Below, one piece after another: positions 36,365 through 45,342 of a DNA stretch of 49,292 nucleotides; the first letter of the stretch is position 1; every line of letters begins with the position of its first letter. Source of the stretch: a virus. Its lineage: Duplodnaviria > Caudoviricetes. A program made the position numbers and the translations under genes. Where the stretch lies: the IMG/VR virus record IMGVR_UViG_3300032269_000528, positions 1 to 49,292 of that record. The stretch is one strand, 5' to 3'. Under the pieces are notes generated by a model that was given only the letters and a program-made list of their open reading frames with translations, made no database searches and was not told where the DNA came from.

Positions 36365-36772
36365 TTATGGATTCTGGGCGGCATGTAAACGAAGGTCAAT
36401 TCCGTAACGTCCGCAATACCGCCAAATTTGTTTGTCCTCATATTCCTGCCAAGCAGGAGTCTCTATCACCATCACGTAATCCACTTTGGCGTAAGAGCCA
36501 TCCCCCATGAGAACGCCGGGAGAATAAGGCATTAATGATTTCATCATTGCGTGCATACGTCGCGCTGACTGTGCGGCAAGGCTCCGCGTTTTGTTGAAAC
36601 AATGAATTGAAACAACGGACTCATCAGTAACGTAATCGTCACCACCGGAAATTCGGTTGACCAGAAAGAACGGCATCGGAGGATTGGGCGGCATATAGAT
36701 AGATACCTGACCCGGCGGGGCCAGCGGAGACAAATACTTAACCAAAAAGTTCTCTACGTCAGGGGCTAACAC
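36365..36772 (-). CDS. tail terminator
   Basis: PDVE.FLV..L.PL, P.PF..V.RISG.D, RY..RY; located before the major tail gene. Confidence 0.8.
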   Translation of the reverse strand: MLAPDVENFLVKYLSPLAPPGQVSIYMPPNPPMPFFLVNRISGGDDYVTDESVVSIHCFNKTRSLAAQSARRMHAMMKSLMPYSPGVLMGDGSYAKVDYVMVIETPAWQEYEDKQIWRYCGRYGIDLRLHAAQNP

Positions 36773-37257
36773 TATATGCTACCCGCCCAGTTCCTACCTG
36801 TAGGCTGATTTTCGGCAGGCTGACCAGAGCCGCGCCGACCACCCAAACGATCTATCGTTCGACGGGCTGGGGCATACTCCGCAGTCGGAGTGTTTGGGCC
36901 AAATATAGACCCTTGCTTAGTATCAGCTTTGGTTCCGTACTCTAAATGGAAAGCCTTACGATCCGTGGTACGAACGCATCCCTCAAAGTATCCCGTAGCG
37001 GTCACATTGTATGAAATAATTAACGAACTGCGATACTGTCCAGTTTGATACGGATGACCCGATTGTTTTGGCTGAACCGCAGAACCGGCTTCCGTTCCGG
37101 CCTCATCCCAAAGTTGCTGCCAAGTATCCCGAACCTTTTCTGTCATCTGGACTACAGCCAGCCGAACATACGGATCGGCACCCATAGCCCTGTCAAGAAC
37201 TTCTTTACCAAGGCCCATACCGGCAAGATTAGAAATTAGGCTACTGTAACTAGGCAT
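36772..37257 (-). CDS. HK97 gp10-like neck protein
   Basis: TG.YR.S, KA..LEYGT, PT.EYAP motifs. Confidence 0.75.
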   Translation of the reverse strand: MPSYSSLISNLAGMGLGKEVLDRAMGADPYVRLAVVQMTEKVRDTWQQLWDEAGTEAGSAVQPKQSGHPYQTGQYRSSLIISYNVTATGYFEGCVRTTDRKAFHLEYGTKADTKQGSIFGPNTPTAEYAPARRTIDRLGGRRGSGQPAENQPTGRNWAGSI

Positions 37258-37260
37258 AAG

Positions 37261-37605
37261 TCAGCCTTCCTCGTATTTTACCATAAAGGTTATATGGTGG
37301 GTTCTCCCCATCCAGTCTTTATAGCTGTTAGCCGAAATGATACGGTACCTTAAACCGGCGGCATCTTTGATATAGTCGCTAAGAACCATAGACAAAGTTG
37401 TTGCGTTTGCCGGGGCAATACAATGCGCCGTCGCGTCCGCATACGTGGTATTACTGATATTTTCCTTACCGCCCAAAGGCTGCATTGAACACCCATTGAC
37501 CAACGTTTCGGTTTCCACCGGACCCGTAACACCGTACCTATCCGGCACCCCAGTCCACGCTTGATGAATGAAAGTTATTCTTTCATTCCCTGGATTCAAG
37601 GGCAT
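37261..37605 (-). CDS. head-to-tail stopper
   Basis: PG.E.ITF......DRYG......V.GC.MQP; D..GR.HH.T motif. Confidence 0.8.
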   Translation of the reverse strand: MPLNPGNERITFIHQAWTGVPDRYGVTGPVETETLVNGCSMQPLGGKENISNTTYADATAHCIAPANATTLSMVLSDYIKDAAGLRYRIISANSYKDWMGRTHHITFMVKYEEG

Positions 37606-37720
37606 TTTTTTCCCTCTCCGCAACCGCTTCCTTAGACCAGTAAGCGGCAGCTTCCTCGGGCGTCAAGGTAGAAAAAGAATCAACCTCTTTAGTTTTAGTG
37701 TAATTCTTGATAGAACTCAT
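37583..37720 (-). CDS. small hypothetical protein (45 aa)
   Basis: Hand-translated MSSIKNYTKTKEVDSF...ESRE; TAATG overlap with the adaptor stop. Confidence 0.45.
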   Translation of the reverse strand: MSSIKNYTKTKEVDSFSTLTPEEAAAYWSKEAVAEREKNALESRE

Positions 37721-38610
37721 TAGCTAATTCCAATATCTGCGAAGCGGCCCAGAATTTCTTTATCCATCGGATTAAGCTGAATGCCGCCAGAACCGGAAAA
37801 CCTACCGTTAATATCACCGATAGAACGGCTGACCTGCAAGGTCGGATTTTCCAAATACTGTTGCGCCAATCGGCACGATGAATCAATTAAGGGCTGGGGA
37901 ACAATATCGTAACCGAAATCGTAGATAACTTTCAAGCCGCCCTTGCTGTTAGGCCAGGTGGTGATGCCGGTCGAGTAGTTTCCCGTCAGACCGGACGTGT
38001 CATAAATGACCCCAGTGTCGGCAATGAACGTGTAGTTAAACACCTGAGTCCATACCAGTCCGGTAGTCGGAACCCGCAACACCCCGGCGGCACCGGTATC
38101 GGTGTAGGTGGTGGCAGTTACGTTGGCAACGAGAGTGTTTTCACTCCCAGCAGACCTTCCACGGTATACGTTATAGGAAGATGCGCCAGCGACGGCACCC
38201 CACGCCAAAACATTAGACGACGTGGAACCGGTGAGGTTGTAAGAAACCTCGTTAGAAGCCACCGATTCGCCGCCAGCACTCACCGCAGTCACTACCCAAT
38301 AGCAGCCACCGGAAGCAAGGGTGCCACCGGACGCGGAAACCGTTTGCGTAACCGTGGGCCACGAACCTGCCTGCGGCGGCAACAACGCATACACCGCCTG
38401 CACATTGGTGACGGGCCGGTTAGTCAATCGGGCCGACCGATACGGCTTAGGGTCAACCACATCAACGTATCCCGTAGTGAGGTCAAACGTGCGGTCGCAA
38501 TACTGCTCCACGAAACTTTGCGCCCACGTCAACGCACGGCTCACCGAAGCGCTGTCATACACCGCCGCAATCGGGGCGAATGCGGCGCTAAGCTGAGTCG
38601 AAAACGTCAT
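37720..38610 (-). CDS. head-to-tail adaptor with an inserted FN3-like module
   Basis: AL..A...VE.YC.R.F, L...PV..V..V, V.Y..GY..VP..L motifs flank an ~85 aa insert. Confidence 0.82.
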   Translation of the reverse strand: MTFSTQLSAAFAPIAAVYDSASVSRALTWAQSFVEQYCDRTFDLTTGYVDVVDPKPYRSARLTNRPVTNVQAVYALLPPQAGSWPTVTQTVSASGGTLASGGCYWVVTAVSAGGESVASNEVSYNLTGSTSSNVLAWGAVAGASSYNVYRGRSAGSENTLVANVTATTYTDTGAAGVLRVPTTGLVWTQVFNYTFIADTGVIYDTSGLTGNYSTGITTWPNSKGGLKVIYDFGYDIVPQPLIDSSCRLAQQYLENPTLQVSRSIGDINGRFSGSGGIQLNPMDKEILGRFADIGIS

Positions 38611-38909
38611 TTCGTTTCAACACCCTCCGTGGGTGCCTTGGGGCGACGGCCACGCGGCTTAACAACCTTGGCTTCAACATCATCCACAAAAGACCCAGCC
38701 TCATCCTCATCCCCAATAAAATTGGGTGAATACTCGGGAATGACAGATTTTGATTCGGGCACATACATTCTACCAATAACCTCAATCTGATTGGGCATAA
38801 GGTTATCTTGAACAGTCCAGTGTGTCACTGGAATAGAAGCCATAAAATTCAACCACCTTTCGGTGAATACGCAGACCGTATCCGTATAGAATACGGTCTG
38901 CGTACCCAT
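38607..38909 (-). CDS. hypothetical protein after the capsid gene
   Basis: 100 aa; acidic then basic tail (EAKVVKPRGRRPK...ETK). Confidence 0.7.
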   Translation of the reverse strand: MGTQTVFYTDTVCVFTERWLNFMASIPVTHWTVQDNLMPNQIEVIGRMYVPESKSVIPEYSPNFIGDEDEAGSFVDDVEAKVVKPRGRRPKAPTEGVETK

Positions 38910-38920
38910 CCTTTTAGTTA

Positions 38921-40444
38921 TTAAGTTCCGGTAGCAAGCTGAATAAGCTGGAATGCCGGTGGCCGGTAAACCAGCAGACCCAAGCGCGACTCGGCGCGAG
39001 CGGTAAGCTGGCCCTGAACGAAGTCAGTGCCATTCGTGTTGGTCATCTGCATGGTCACACCCTTACGGCGAGCAACCTGGATGGTCGAAGGATCGAACCA
39101 GCCGGTCAGCAGAGTGTAGCGAGGCATCAACGGAGTGGTCACAACCGGAACACCCCACAGAGACTTGCCGCCGCCGCCAACAGGCATAGCGCCAGCATTA
39201 CCACCAATAGACGCCTGAGCGACACCATAATCGGTGCCGAAGAACGAGCTATTGAAATACTGTCCCTGAGCGTCTTTCGCAATGCGAAGCTGAAGCCAAT
39301 CCCTCGGATGCATAACAATAGCATTCGGGGTCTTAAAGACCTGAAGCTGAATGTCAACAAATGCATCGTGCAGGTTCTCTGCAACCTGGACCGCACTCGG
39401 GTAGTTACCGCCAGTGCCCGACACCTTACGCCCATACGCTAGCGAAGCAATCGTAGCGGCCACAGCGCCAGTACCAGCGGTACCGGACGGCGGGAACGCA
39501 ACGTTAGTGCCAGTAGCCGACGTAGCTCCAAACAATGAGCTAGAGGACGAAACAGTGAAGCTCGACGCGAAAGTGGACAGCAGACCGCCGACACCGGGCA
39601 TACCGGGGCCAGCGAGAAGCTGAACTTCTTCCTGACGCTGAACGCCTTGCAGCAAACGTCCCTGAATGAAGTTCCACAAGGTCGGGGCGTCAGCCACCGC
39701 TTCCTCGCTAATCGTCATTGCGTTGGCGATCTTACCCACCTGGGCATACGTGCGGCTAACAGCCTCACTCGACCACGGGGCCAGACCAGACTCGGCAACA
39801 GCGTTAGCCTGGAAGTTAGCGGTAGATTCTGTCAGGTACGAGATATTCGGTGAAGTCACCGGGAACTCGCTAATCAGATCGCTAAGAGTAAGCTCATAGA
39901 ACAGCTTCTCAACGATACCGGGCAGGAAATCCGGCAGGATTCCTTGCGCCAAAGCGCCAGTGCTACCGAAAGGAGCCTGTCCGATAGCGGACGGGCCGGT
40001 CTGACCGAACAGGAAATCACCGATCAGGTTATCGGCAGAAGCCGAACCCGCACCAGAAGCCTTAGTGCCAAGCTCCCAACCCAGATCGAACTTTTGCTTG
40101 GAATTCAAGCTCTTGTAGATGAACTTTTCGGCATCCGGTGACGAAATGGCCTCAAGAGCCAGATCAGCGCCACGATTAGCCCACGGGCTAACCGAACGGA
40201 CACGCGACATAGAAACGCCGCTCTTAACGTCGGTCACATCGGCGTGATCGCCGCCCAGCTTAGACGCCATCTCCGAAGCACGCGAAGAAGTCTCAACGTT
40301 CTTGACATGCTTTTCCCATTCGGGCTGCACAGCGTCAAGAGCCGCAGACTTTTCAGCCCCGGTCATTTCGGCATCATCAGAAATACGCTTGATTTCGGAA
40401 GCGAGTCGCCGCCCCGCTTCCTCAAGCTGTGGCACAGTAGCCAT
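38921..40444 (-). CDS. major capsid protein (HK97 fold)
   Basis: V.E....P, KIA....IS.E...DAP.L..FI..RL, AIVMHP.DW...LR..KD.QG.Y, LWGVPVV.T, RAE.R.GL.VYRP.AF. Confidence 0.95.
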   Translation of the reverse strand: MATVPQLEEAGRRLASEIKRISDDAEMTGAEKSAALDAVQPEWEKHVKNVETSSRASEMASKLGGDHADVTDVKSGVSMSRVRSVSPWANRGADLALEAISSPDAEKFIYKSLNSKQKFDLGWELGTKASGAGSASADNLIGDFLFGQTGPSAIGQAPFGSTGALAQGILPDFLPGIVEKLFYELTLSDLISEFPVTSPNISYLTESTANFQANAVAESGLAPWSSEAVSRTYAQVGKIANAMTISEEAVADAPTLWNFIQGRLLQGVQRQEEVQLLAGPGMPGVGGLLSTFASSFTVSSSSSLFGATSATGTNVAFPPSGTAGTGAVAATIASLAYGRKVSGTGGNYPSAVQVAENLHDAFVDIQLQVFKTPNAIVMHPRDWLQLRIAKDAQGQYFNSSFFGTDYGVAQASIGGNAGAMPVGGGGKSLWGVPVVTTPLMPRYTLLTGWFDPSTIQVARRKGVTMQMTNTNGTDFVQGQLTARAESRLGLLVYRPPAFQLIQLATGT

Positions 40445-40462
40445 GTATTTAATTATCCTTTT

Positions 40463-41725
40463 CTAAAGATTGAATTGAGTTGCATAAAGGCCCATCAACA
40501 TATGATCGGCTTTCCTTTTGGGGTCCACGTCCTCGGCGGCTTCATCAACTTTCTCAGCGGCCTCATCGGCGGGAGCGGGTACCTCATCGGTAGCGGCTGC
40601 GGCCTCGGCGGGTGAATCAGTATCATCAGCGGGTGAATCAGTAGGATTAAGAACTTCTGAAAGAGCAGCTTTAAACTGCTCCATAGTCATCCCCGTAATA
40701 GGGGATGCAGATTTAATTTGTTCAATATCGACAAGCTCGACACCCTCGGCATCGGCATCGTCAATAGACTTGAGCATACTAGTAAAATAGGCACGCGCTT
40801 CATCGTGATTGGCAAAAGTAACAGACTCGCCATTTGCCGTGCGGAAAGTAGAATCTTTGAAATCAATAATTGTCATAGTCCCATCAATAGCGCTTTTACG
40901 ATTAGCGCCCTCCGCAGCGCCAGTAACCCCAGCCTCGCTCTCGGATTCCTCAAAAGTCATACATGAAGCACCCAAATGAACGGACGCATCATGGATAGCC
41001 TGAGTCAAAGCCCGGTCGCCGTTACCGATAGCCTTAAGTGATTTCAGCATATCGTCGGGATCGAAAACCCCCATACATTCCATCAAATCATCAATGGTTT
41101 CACCGACACCCAACAACATGTCCAACGCCTGCCCAACCTCCATCGGGAGGATCGAACGGTCAACGTCGCGGGTCAAATTAATGGCCTCATCCAGCACGGC
41201 ATCAATACCGGCTAGCAACTGCCCAGGAGTCGCATCGTCCACTAGGGCTTTCCTGGCGGCGTCTTTAGCTTCCAGAATTACAGCATCGGGATTAGCCGGA
41301 ATAGCAACAACACCGGCATTCAAAAGCTCGCGCTTCTGCTCACCAGACTTTTTGGAATTATCGGTGAGAGCGGCAACGGAAACGCTTGCCACATGCCCTT
41401 CCCGAATGAGTGTTCGCACTTCCTGAGCGCGAGGAATTGAAGAAAACGAAGCATCAATCATCAGACGGCCAGCATCGTCAAAGTACGGACGGGCCGAACC
41501 AATCGTTGTGGACACGGACATGCCGTGATCGGCGTCCACCGTGATCCTATCGGGTAGAGGTTGAATCCATTCCTCCATCGGCCAAATGTCGCCATCACGA
41601 TCCCGGCGAGGACTGGACAACACGGCGGTGAAACCACCATGCGGACCAAACGTAGTGTCGTCCTCGACAGATTCGATCTGCGCCACAGCCTTGGTGTGGA
41701 TTTTCCCCTTAAGGGAAGCAGTCAT
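40463..41725 (-). CDS. capsid maturation protease fused to a scaffold-like acidic region
   Basis: DRDGD, DH, SVSV, ELL....V.IPAN protease motifs; long acidic C-terminus. Confidence 0.88.
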   Translation of the reverse strand: MTASLKGKIHTKAVAQIESVEDDTTFGPHGGFTAVLSSPRRDRDGDIWPMEEWIQPLPDRITVDADHGMSVSTTIGSARPYFDDAGRLMIDASFSSIPRAQEVRTLIREGHVASVSVAALTDNSKKSGEQKRELLNAGVVAIPANPDAVILEAKDAARKALVDDATPGQLLAGIDAVLDEAINLTRDVDRSILPMEVGQALDMLLGVGETIDDLMECMGVFDPDDMLKSLKAIGNGDRALTQAIHDASVHLGASCMTFEESESEAGVTGAAEGANRKSAIDGTMTIIDFKDSTFRTANGESVTFANHDEARAYFTSMLKSIDDADAEGVELVDIEQIKSASPITGMTMEQFKAALSEVLNPTDSPADDTDSPAEAAAATDEVPAPADEAAEKVDEAAEDVDPKRKADHMLMGLYATQFNL

Positions 41726-41728
41726 TAT

Positions 41729-43318
41729 TTAGTTATTAGCCTTTCTGCTGCGCTCAGCCATAGCCAAGTGAACCGCAGTCATAATGTCGTCAAGCTCGTC
41801 CTCATGCTCAGTGTATAGCTTATAGGCGAAAGCCACGATTTCTTCCTGCGATTTCCCGCGCCCAACCTGACCCTTAATTGCCCGGTAATGCTTATTGGAA
41901 CTCGGCGTAAGATTATTTGGCTGCTTCCCACCGGGCTTAGCCGGAATGGGTTTAGGCGCGTTCACAGACGTTGGCTTACTCCCGTCTAAAGACGCCACCG
42001 GGGTCGGCGGCGCAACATCAGTACCATTAGGGGTGGTGTCGCCATCTATATTGCCCATGAGGCGAATCTGCTCAGCGGGAGTGCCCAACGGCTGAATAGC
42101 ACTATTGGCGTAAAGCAAGTCGGCTTTGGGGTCCTCGTATCGGTTCAAGCCGATCAAATCCCTAGCCTCATTAGGTGTCATCACGCCGGTAGCAATACCC
42201 TTGTGGGCAGCCTCGACGCGAACCTCATAGTCGCCGCGAATAACCTCATCCACAGCGAAACGCATAACGTTTTTTCGCGGCCAATTAGAACCAACATACT
42301 TGTCCATAACGGACTGTATGAATTCAATAACTGGTGCCATTGTGTCGCGGTAGAATCCGCGCATTTGCTCGGTCACGTTAGAGAACGTCGCATGTTCCAA
42401 AATGCCGATAAGAGTAGGCGCAATATCGAATACCGCAGCAATTTCTTCCCGGTTAATTTTGCGTGACTCAATAAGCTGCAAATCGACAGCCGTAACCTGA
42501 ACCGCTTTCGCCGTCACACCATCCTCAAGGACGAGAGTGGAACCGGCATTGCGGCTACCCGCATGATCCTGGTCAAAAGCAATCTTTAGACGCTCCCGGC
42601 CAGCCCTGCCAAGACGATTAGGTGTCTCCAAAACCATGTTTGGTCGGCCAGCGTTCTTCCACATACTGTTCTGCGATTCCCGCGAAGATTCCTCAGAGAA
42701 AATCGTAGAACGAATAGCTTCCATACGCGAATAGCCGCGCTCCAACTTATTAGGATTAAACAACTGAAACGGAACAACGTCGTCCTGATCGAAAGCAATC
42801 AATTCGGTGCCGACACCGTTACCGGTCTGAAAAAGATATGTGTAACGCCCCGTACCGGGATCACGCTTAATAGCCACCCGCGACGGATGCAAAGGCCACA
42901 ACTTCTCGGGAGTGCCACGCTTGCTGCGCTGAATGGCAAGATACGTTTCACCGTAAATGTCAATCGTTGACTGCACCCAATGCCAAAACTTGAAACTATC
43001 CATGAACTCGCACGGATCGCTCAACAACTGAGCATATTCCGAACGGGTATCAAGCCGTCGCGTGTCACTATTTACGTCCCAGCAGTTAACTGGAAGTCGG
43101 GCAACCGCATTTGCTCGTTTGTCTACGCACGTATGAACCCAAACATCTCTTTGATAGATAGCTCCGTACAAAGCATATTGGTATTCAAGTTCCATACCCA
43201 AATGGTCGGCATAATAGTATGCTTGGGGAACAATTGGGGTTAACTCGGCCAAAGCCTGCGGGGCCATGCTGATGCCCTGATTGGAAATCCTCAGCTTATT
43301 GCCTTTAGTTGTCAGCAT
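41729..43318 (-). CDS. portal protein (HK97 family)
   Basis: V..CV...A.AVARLP, YGE.Y, LWPLHPSRV, NAG...VLE.G, EIA.VF.I.P, G.MTPNEAR...GL. Confidence 0.95.
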   Translation of the reverse strand: MLTTKGNKLRISNQGISMAPQALAELTPIVPQAYYYADHLGMELEYQYALYGAIYQRDVWVHTCVDKRANAVARLPVNCWDVNSDTRRLDTRSEYAQLLSDPCEFMDSFKFWHWVQSTIDIYGETYLAIQRSKRGTPEKLWPLHPSRVAIKRDPGTGRYTYLFQTGNGVGTELIAFDQDDVVPFQLFNPNKLERGYSRMEAIRSTIFSEESSRESQNSMWKNAGRPNMVLETPNRLGRAGRERLKIAFDQDHAGSRNAGSTLVLEDGVTAKAVQVTAVDLQLIESRKINREEIAAVFDIAPTLIGILEHATFSNVTEQMRGFYRDTMAPVIEFIQSVMDKYVGSNWPRKNVMRFAVDEVIRGDYEVRVEAAHKGIATGVMTPNEARDLIGLNRYEDPKADLLYANSAIQPLGTPAEQIRLMGNIDGDTTPNGTDVAPPTPVASLDGSKPTSVNAPKPIPAKPGGKQPNNLTPSSNKHYRAIKGQVGRGKSQEEIVAFAYKLYTEHEDELDDIMTAVHLAMAERSRKANN

Positions 43319-43545
43319 TATGGCACCAACTGCGTAAAGGCAACTTCTGAATTGCGAATATACAATTCTCCCTTAATGGGTTGGGGTTCAGATTCTTCAG
43401 GGTAAGCAACAACATCAGCGAAAACACTGTAACCGCCCTCCCCTTTGTCGCACTGAATTAGAATTCCCTGAAAGTCAATACCGAATTTCGGGGTTACATA
43501 GAAGCGTGACCGCAGCTTCTTTTGCAAAGAATTTTTGAACATCAA
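43318..43545 (-). CDS. small hypothetical protein between terL and portal
   Basis: R.RF.VT...G..F.GIL...D...GELYI....VAF.Q. Confidence 0.7.
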   Translation of the reverse strand: MMFKNSLQKKLRSRFYVTPKFGIDFQGILIQCDKGEGGYSVFADVVAYPEESEPQPIKGELYIRNSEVAFTQLVP

Positions 43546-43564
43546 GTCCTTCCAAGCTGGCGAA

Positions 43565-45250
43565 TCACAAGATCAAAACTTCCTCACTTGCGTATATCGA
43601 CGTAACGCTATTATCCCTGCTATGCCAAGCGTTGCACGCCATAATGGCCGCAGGAACGGCATCAATCCTTTTTTCCGCAACCATTCTATCCGGCTTAACC
43701 GGTTTAATCTGGTCTGGGTCATCCGGCTTGTATTTAGCCTCGCAAGCGTCAAAACAGAAACGCGCCAACGGATTGCCGTGATGCCTGAATATCCCCTGAT
43801 GAACCATATCGAAGATGCGGTGCATCCCGTCCGACATGGTAGAGAACTGGTTGTCATACGCAAAAATATCTTCAATACCGACATACGTTCTATGACGTAC
43901 AGCCTGAATGACCGGCTCGGATGACCACTTATCGGCGTCACCACCCAAAATCACAAACCGTCGAGCATCCGACTCAATATCGTCATACACTTCATTGAAG
44001 TCAAGGACATTGCCCTCGGTGACCTTCAACCAGCCGTCCCGAACGAACTCTTTCGTGAACCGGCCCTTATTGATCCGGTCCATGCGTTTCACCGCAGCCT
44101 CGGGCATCCAATGCCGCCAAATAACATCTACGCCATAGGACGGATCGGCAGACGGGAACAAATAACAAATGCTACACAAATCCTGTTTCGCAGCAATGTC
44201 CAAACCGAACCAGCACTCATACCCGGTGAACGCATCCAACGATGCCTGAAAATTCGGGTATACCGTAGACCTGTTACCGGGCTTGTCCCACAGAAACATG
44301 TTCATCCACCGGATCGTGGAATTCTGCCACTGATTCAAACGATACTGCCGAAAAGCCATCTCAGCTATAGGATTATTTCTGGCCTCTGCCGCCTGCTTCC
44401 GCATACCTTCCCACGTCAGGAAGCTACCCAAAGCGGGGTTAGAGATAGGCCAGTTATCCTCATCCCACGGATCGGCAGTTTCGGGAGTGTTCCTGATATA
44501 CACGAAAATGTGTTTGTTGTCAGGATTTTCGGTATCCTCGGCGTACTGTTCCATCTTTTTGTGCATCTGACCAGCAAAACCTTCAGGATCGTTGCCAGCC
44601 GTCGTGGACGCCACCATGAGTGGTTCCCGGCGAGCGCCGGAACCCATACCCGTTCGCAGCGAATCCCACATATCACCGGACTGCCACGCCAAAATCTCGT
44701 CGGCACCAACACCCGAAGGGTTAGAACCTAGCGCACTCTTAGCATCAGCGGCGATCACCTGATAAAACGAGTTGGTCTTAGGATGATAAATCCTGCGCTT
44801 ATACTCGCTAACTTTCAGGTGCTTACTTAGCGTCGGGGAGAACACCACCATCTGCTTTGCCACGTCGAACGCGAGCGAGGCTTGGGTAATATCTCTAGCA
44901 ACACCGTAAATCTCACCCGATTGTTCTCCATCTGCCACCAGCAAATACAACATGATGCCTGCTAGAAGCTCAGTTTTACCGTTCTTTCGCGCCATTTCAA
45001 TCCACGCGATTTCGTAACGTCGTTTATAGGCGTGGAAATGCTCAGACCACATGACTTTACCAAACAACGGTCGAATAATGTCGTCGCGTTGCCAATCTTC
45101 TAAGATAAACTTTTTGCGAACGTATGTGCCTTTAGTGTGTACCAAGATTTCTTCAAAAAAGGCTTGCGCCTTATCTGCGCGAGGGGCACAAAAATGTTCG
45201 CCCTCACCCATGCATTCAATATCGTCAAAAACGTATCCGCATGGTTCCAT
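43565..45250 (-). CDS. terL: terminase large subunit
   Basis: LE.WQ, ARKNGKT Walker A, ADEI Walker B, STTAG, GLD.A...D, RIDAV.A nuclease motifs. Confidence 0.97.
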   Translation of the reverse strand: MEPCGYVFDDIECMGEGEHFCAPRADKAQAFFEEILVHTKGTYVRKKFILEDWQRDDIIRPLFGKVMWSEHFHAYKRRYEIAWIEMARKNGKTELLAGIMLYLLVADGEQSGEIYGVARDITQASLAFDVAKQMVVFSPTLSKHLKVSEYKRRIYHPKTNSFYQVIAADAKSALGSNPSGVGADEILAWQSGDMWDSLRTGMGSGARREPLMVASTTAGNDPEGFAGQMHKKMEQYAEDTENPDNKHIFVYIRNTPETADPWDEDNWPISNPALGSFLTWEGMRKQAAEARNNPIAEMAFRQYRLNQWQNSTIRWMNMFLWDKPGNRSTVYPNFQASLDAFTGYECWFGLDIAAKQDLCSICYLFPSADPSYGVDVIWRHWMPEAAVKRMDRINKGRFTKEFVRDGWLKVTEGNVLDFNEVYDDIESDARRFVILGGDADKWSSEPVIQAVRHRTYVGIEDIFAYDNQFSTMSDGMHRIFDMVHQGIFRHHGNPLARFCFDACEAKYKPDDPDQIKPVKPDRMVAEKRIDAVPAAIMACNAWHSRDNSVTSIYASEEVLIL

Positions 45251-45342
45251 TAAACCTCCTTGGGGCGACCGGCCCGTCCACCCTCACTCTGCTGGCAAAC
45301 GGGGTATGCCGGTTCTTATCCGAGGGTCGGCCCCTACGAAGA

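Noticed and set aside
1-45250. Inteins or introns in dnaB, recA or terL
   Set aside because: Motif spacing and lengths are normal, with no splice-junction signatures in the visible parts.
45262-45335. Twister ribozyme, suggested by the GCAGAGUG/GAGGG words
   Set aside because: The UAA-N3-NGC and GGU-N3-AAGCC core elements could not be found; kept only as a generic structured leader.
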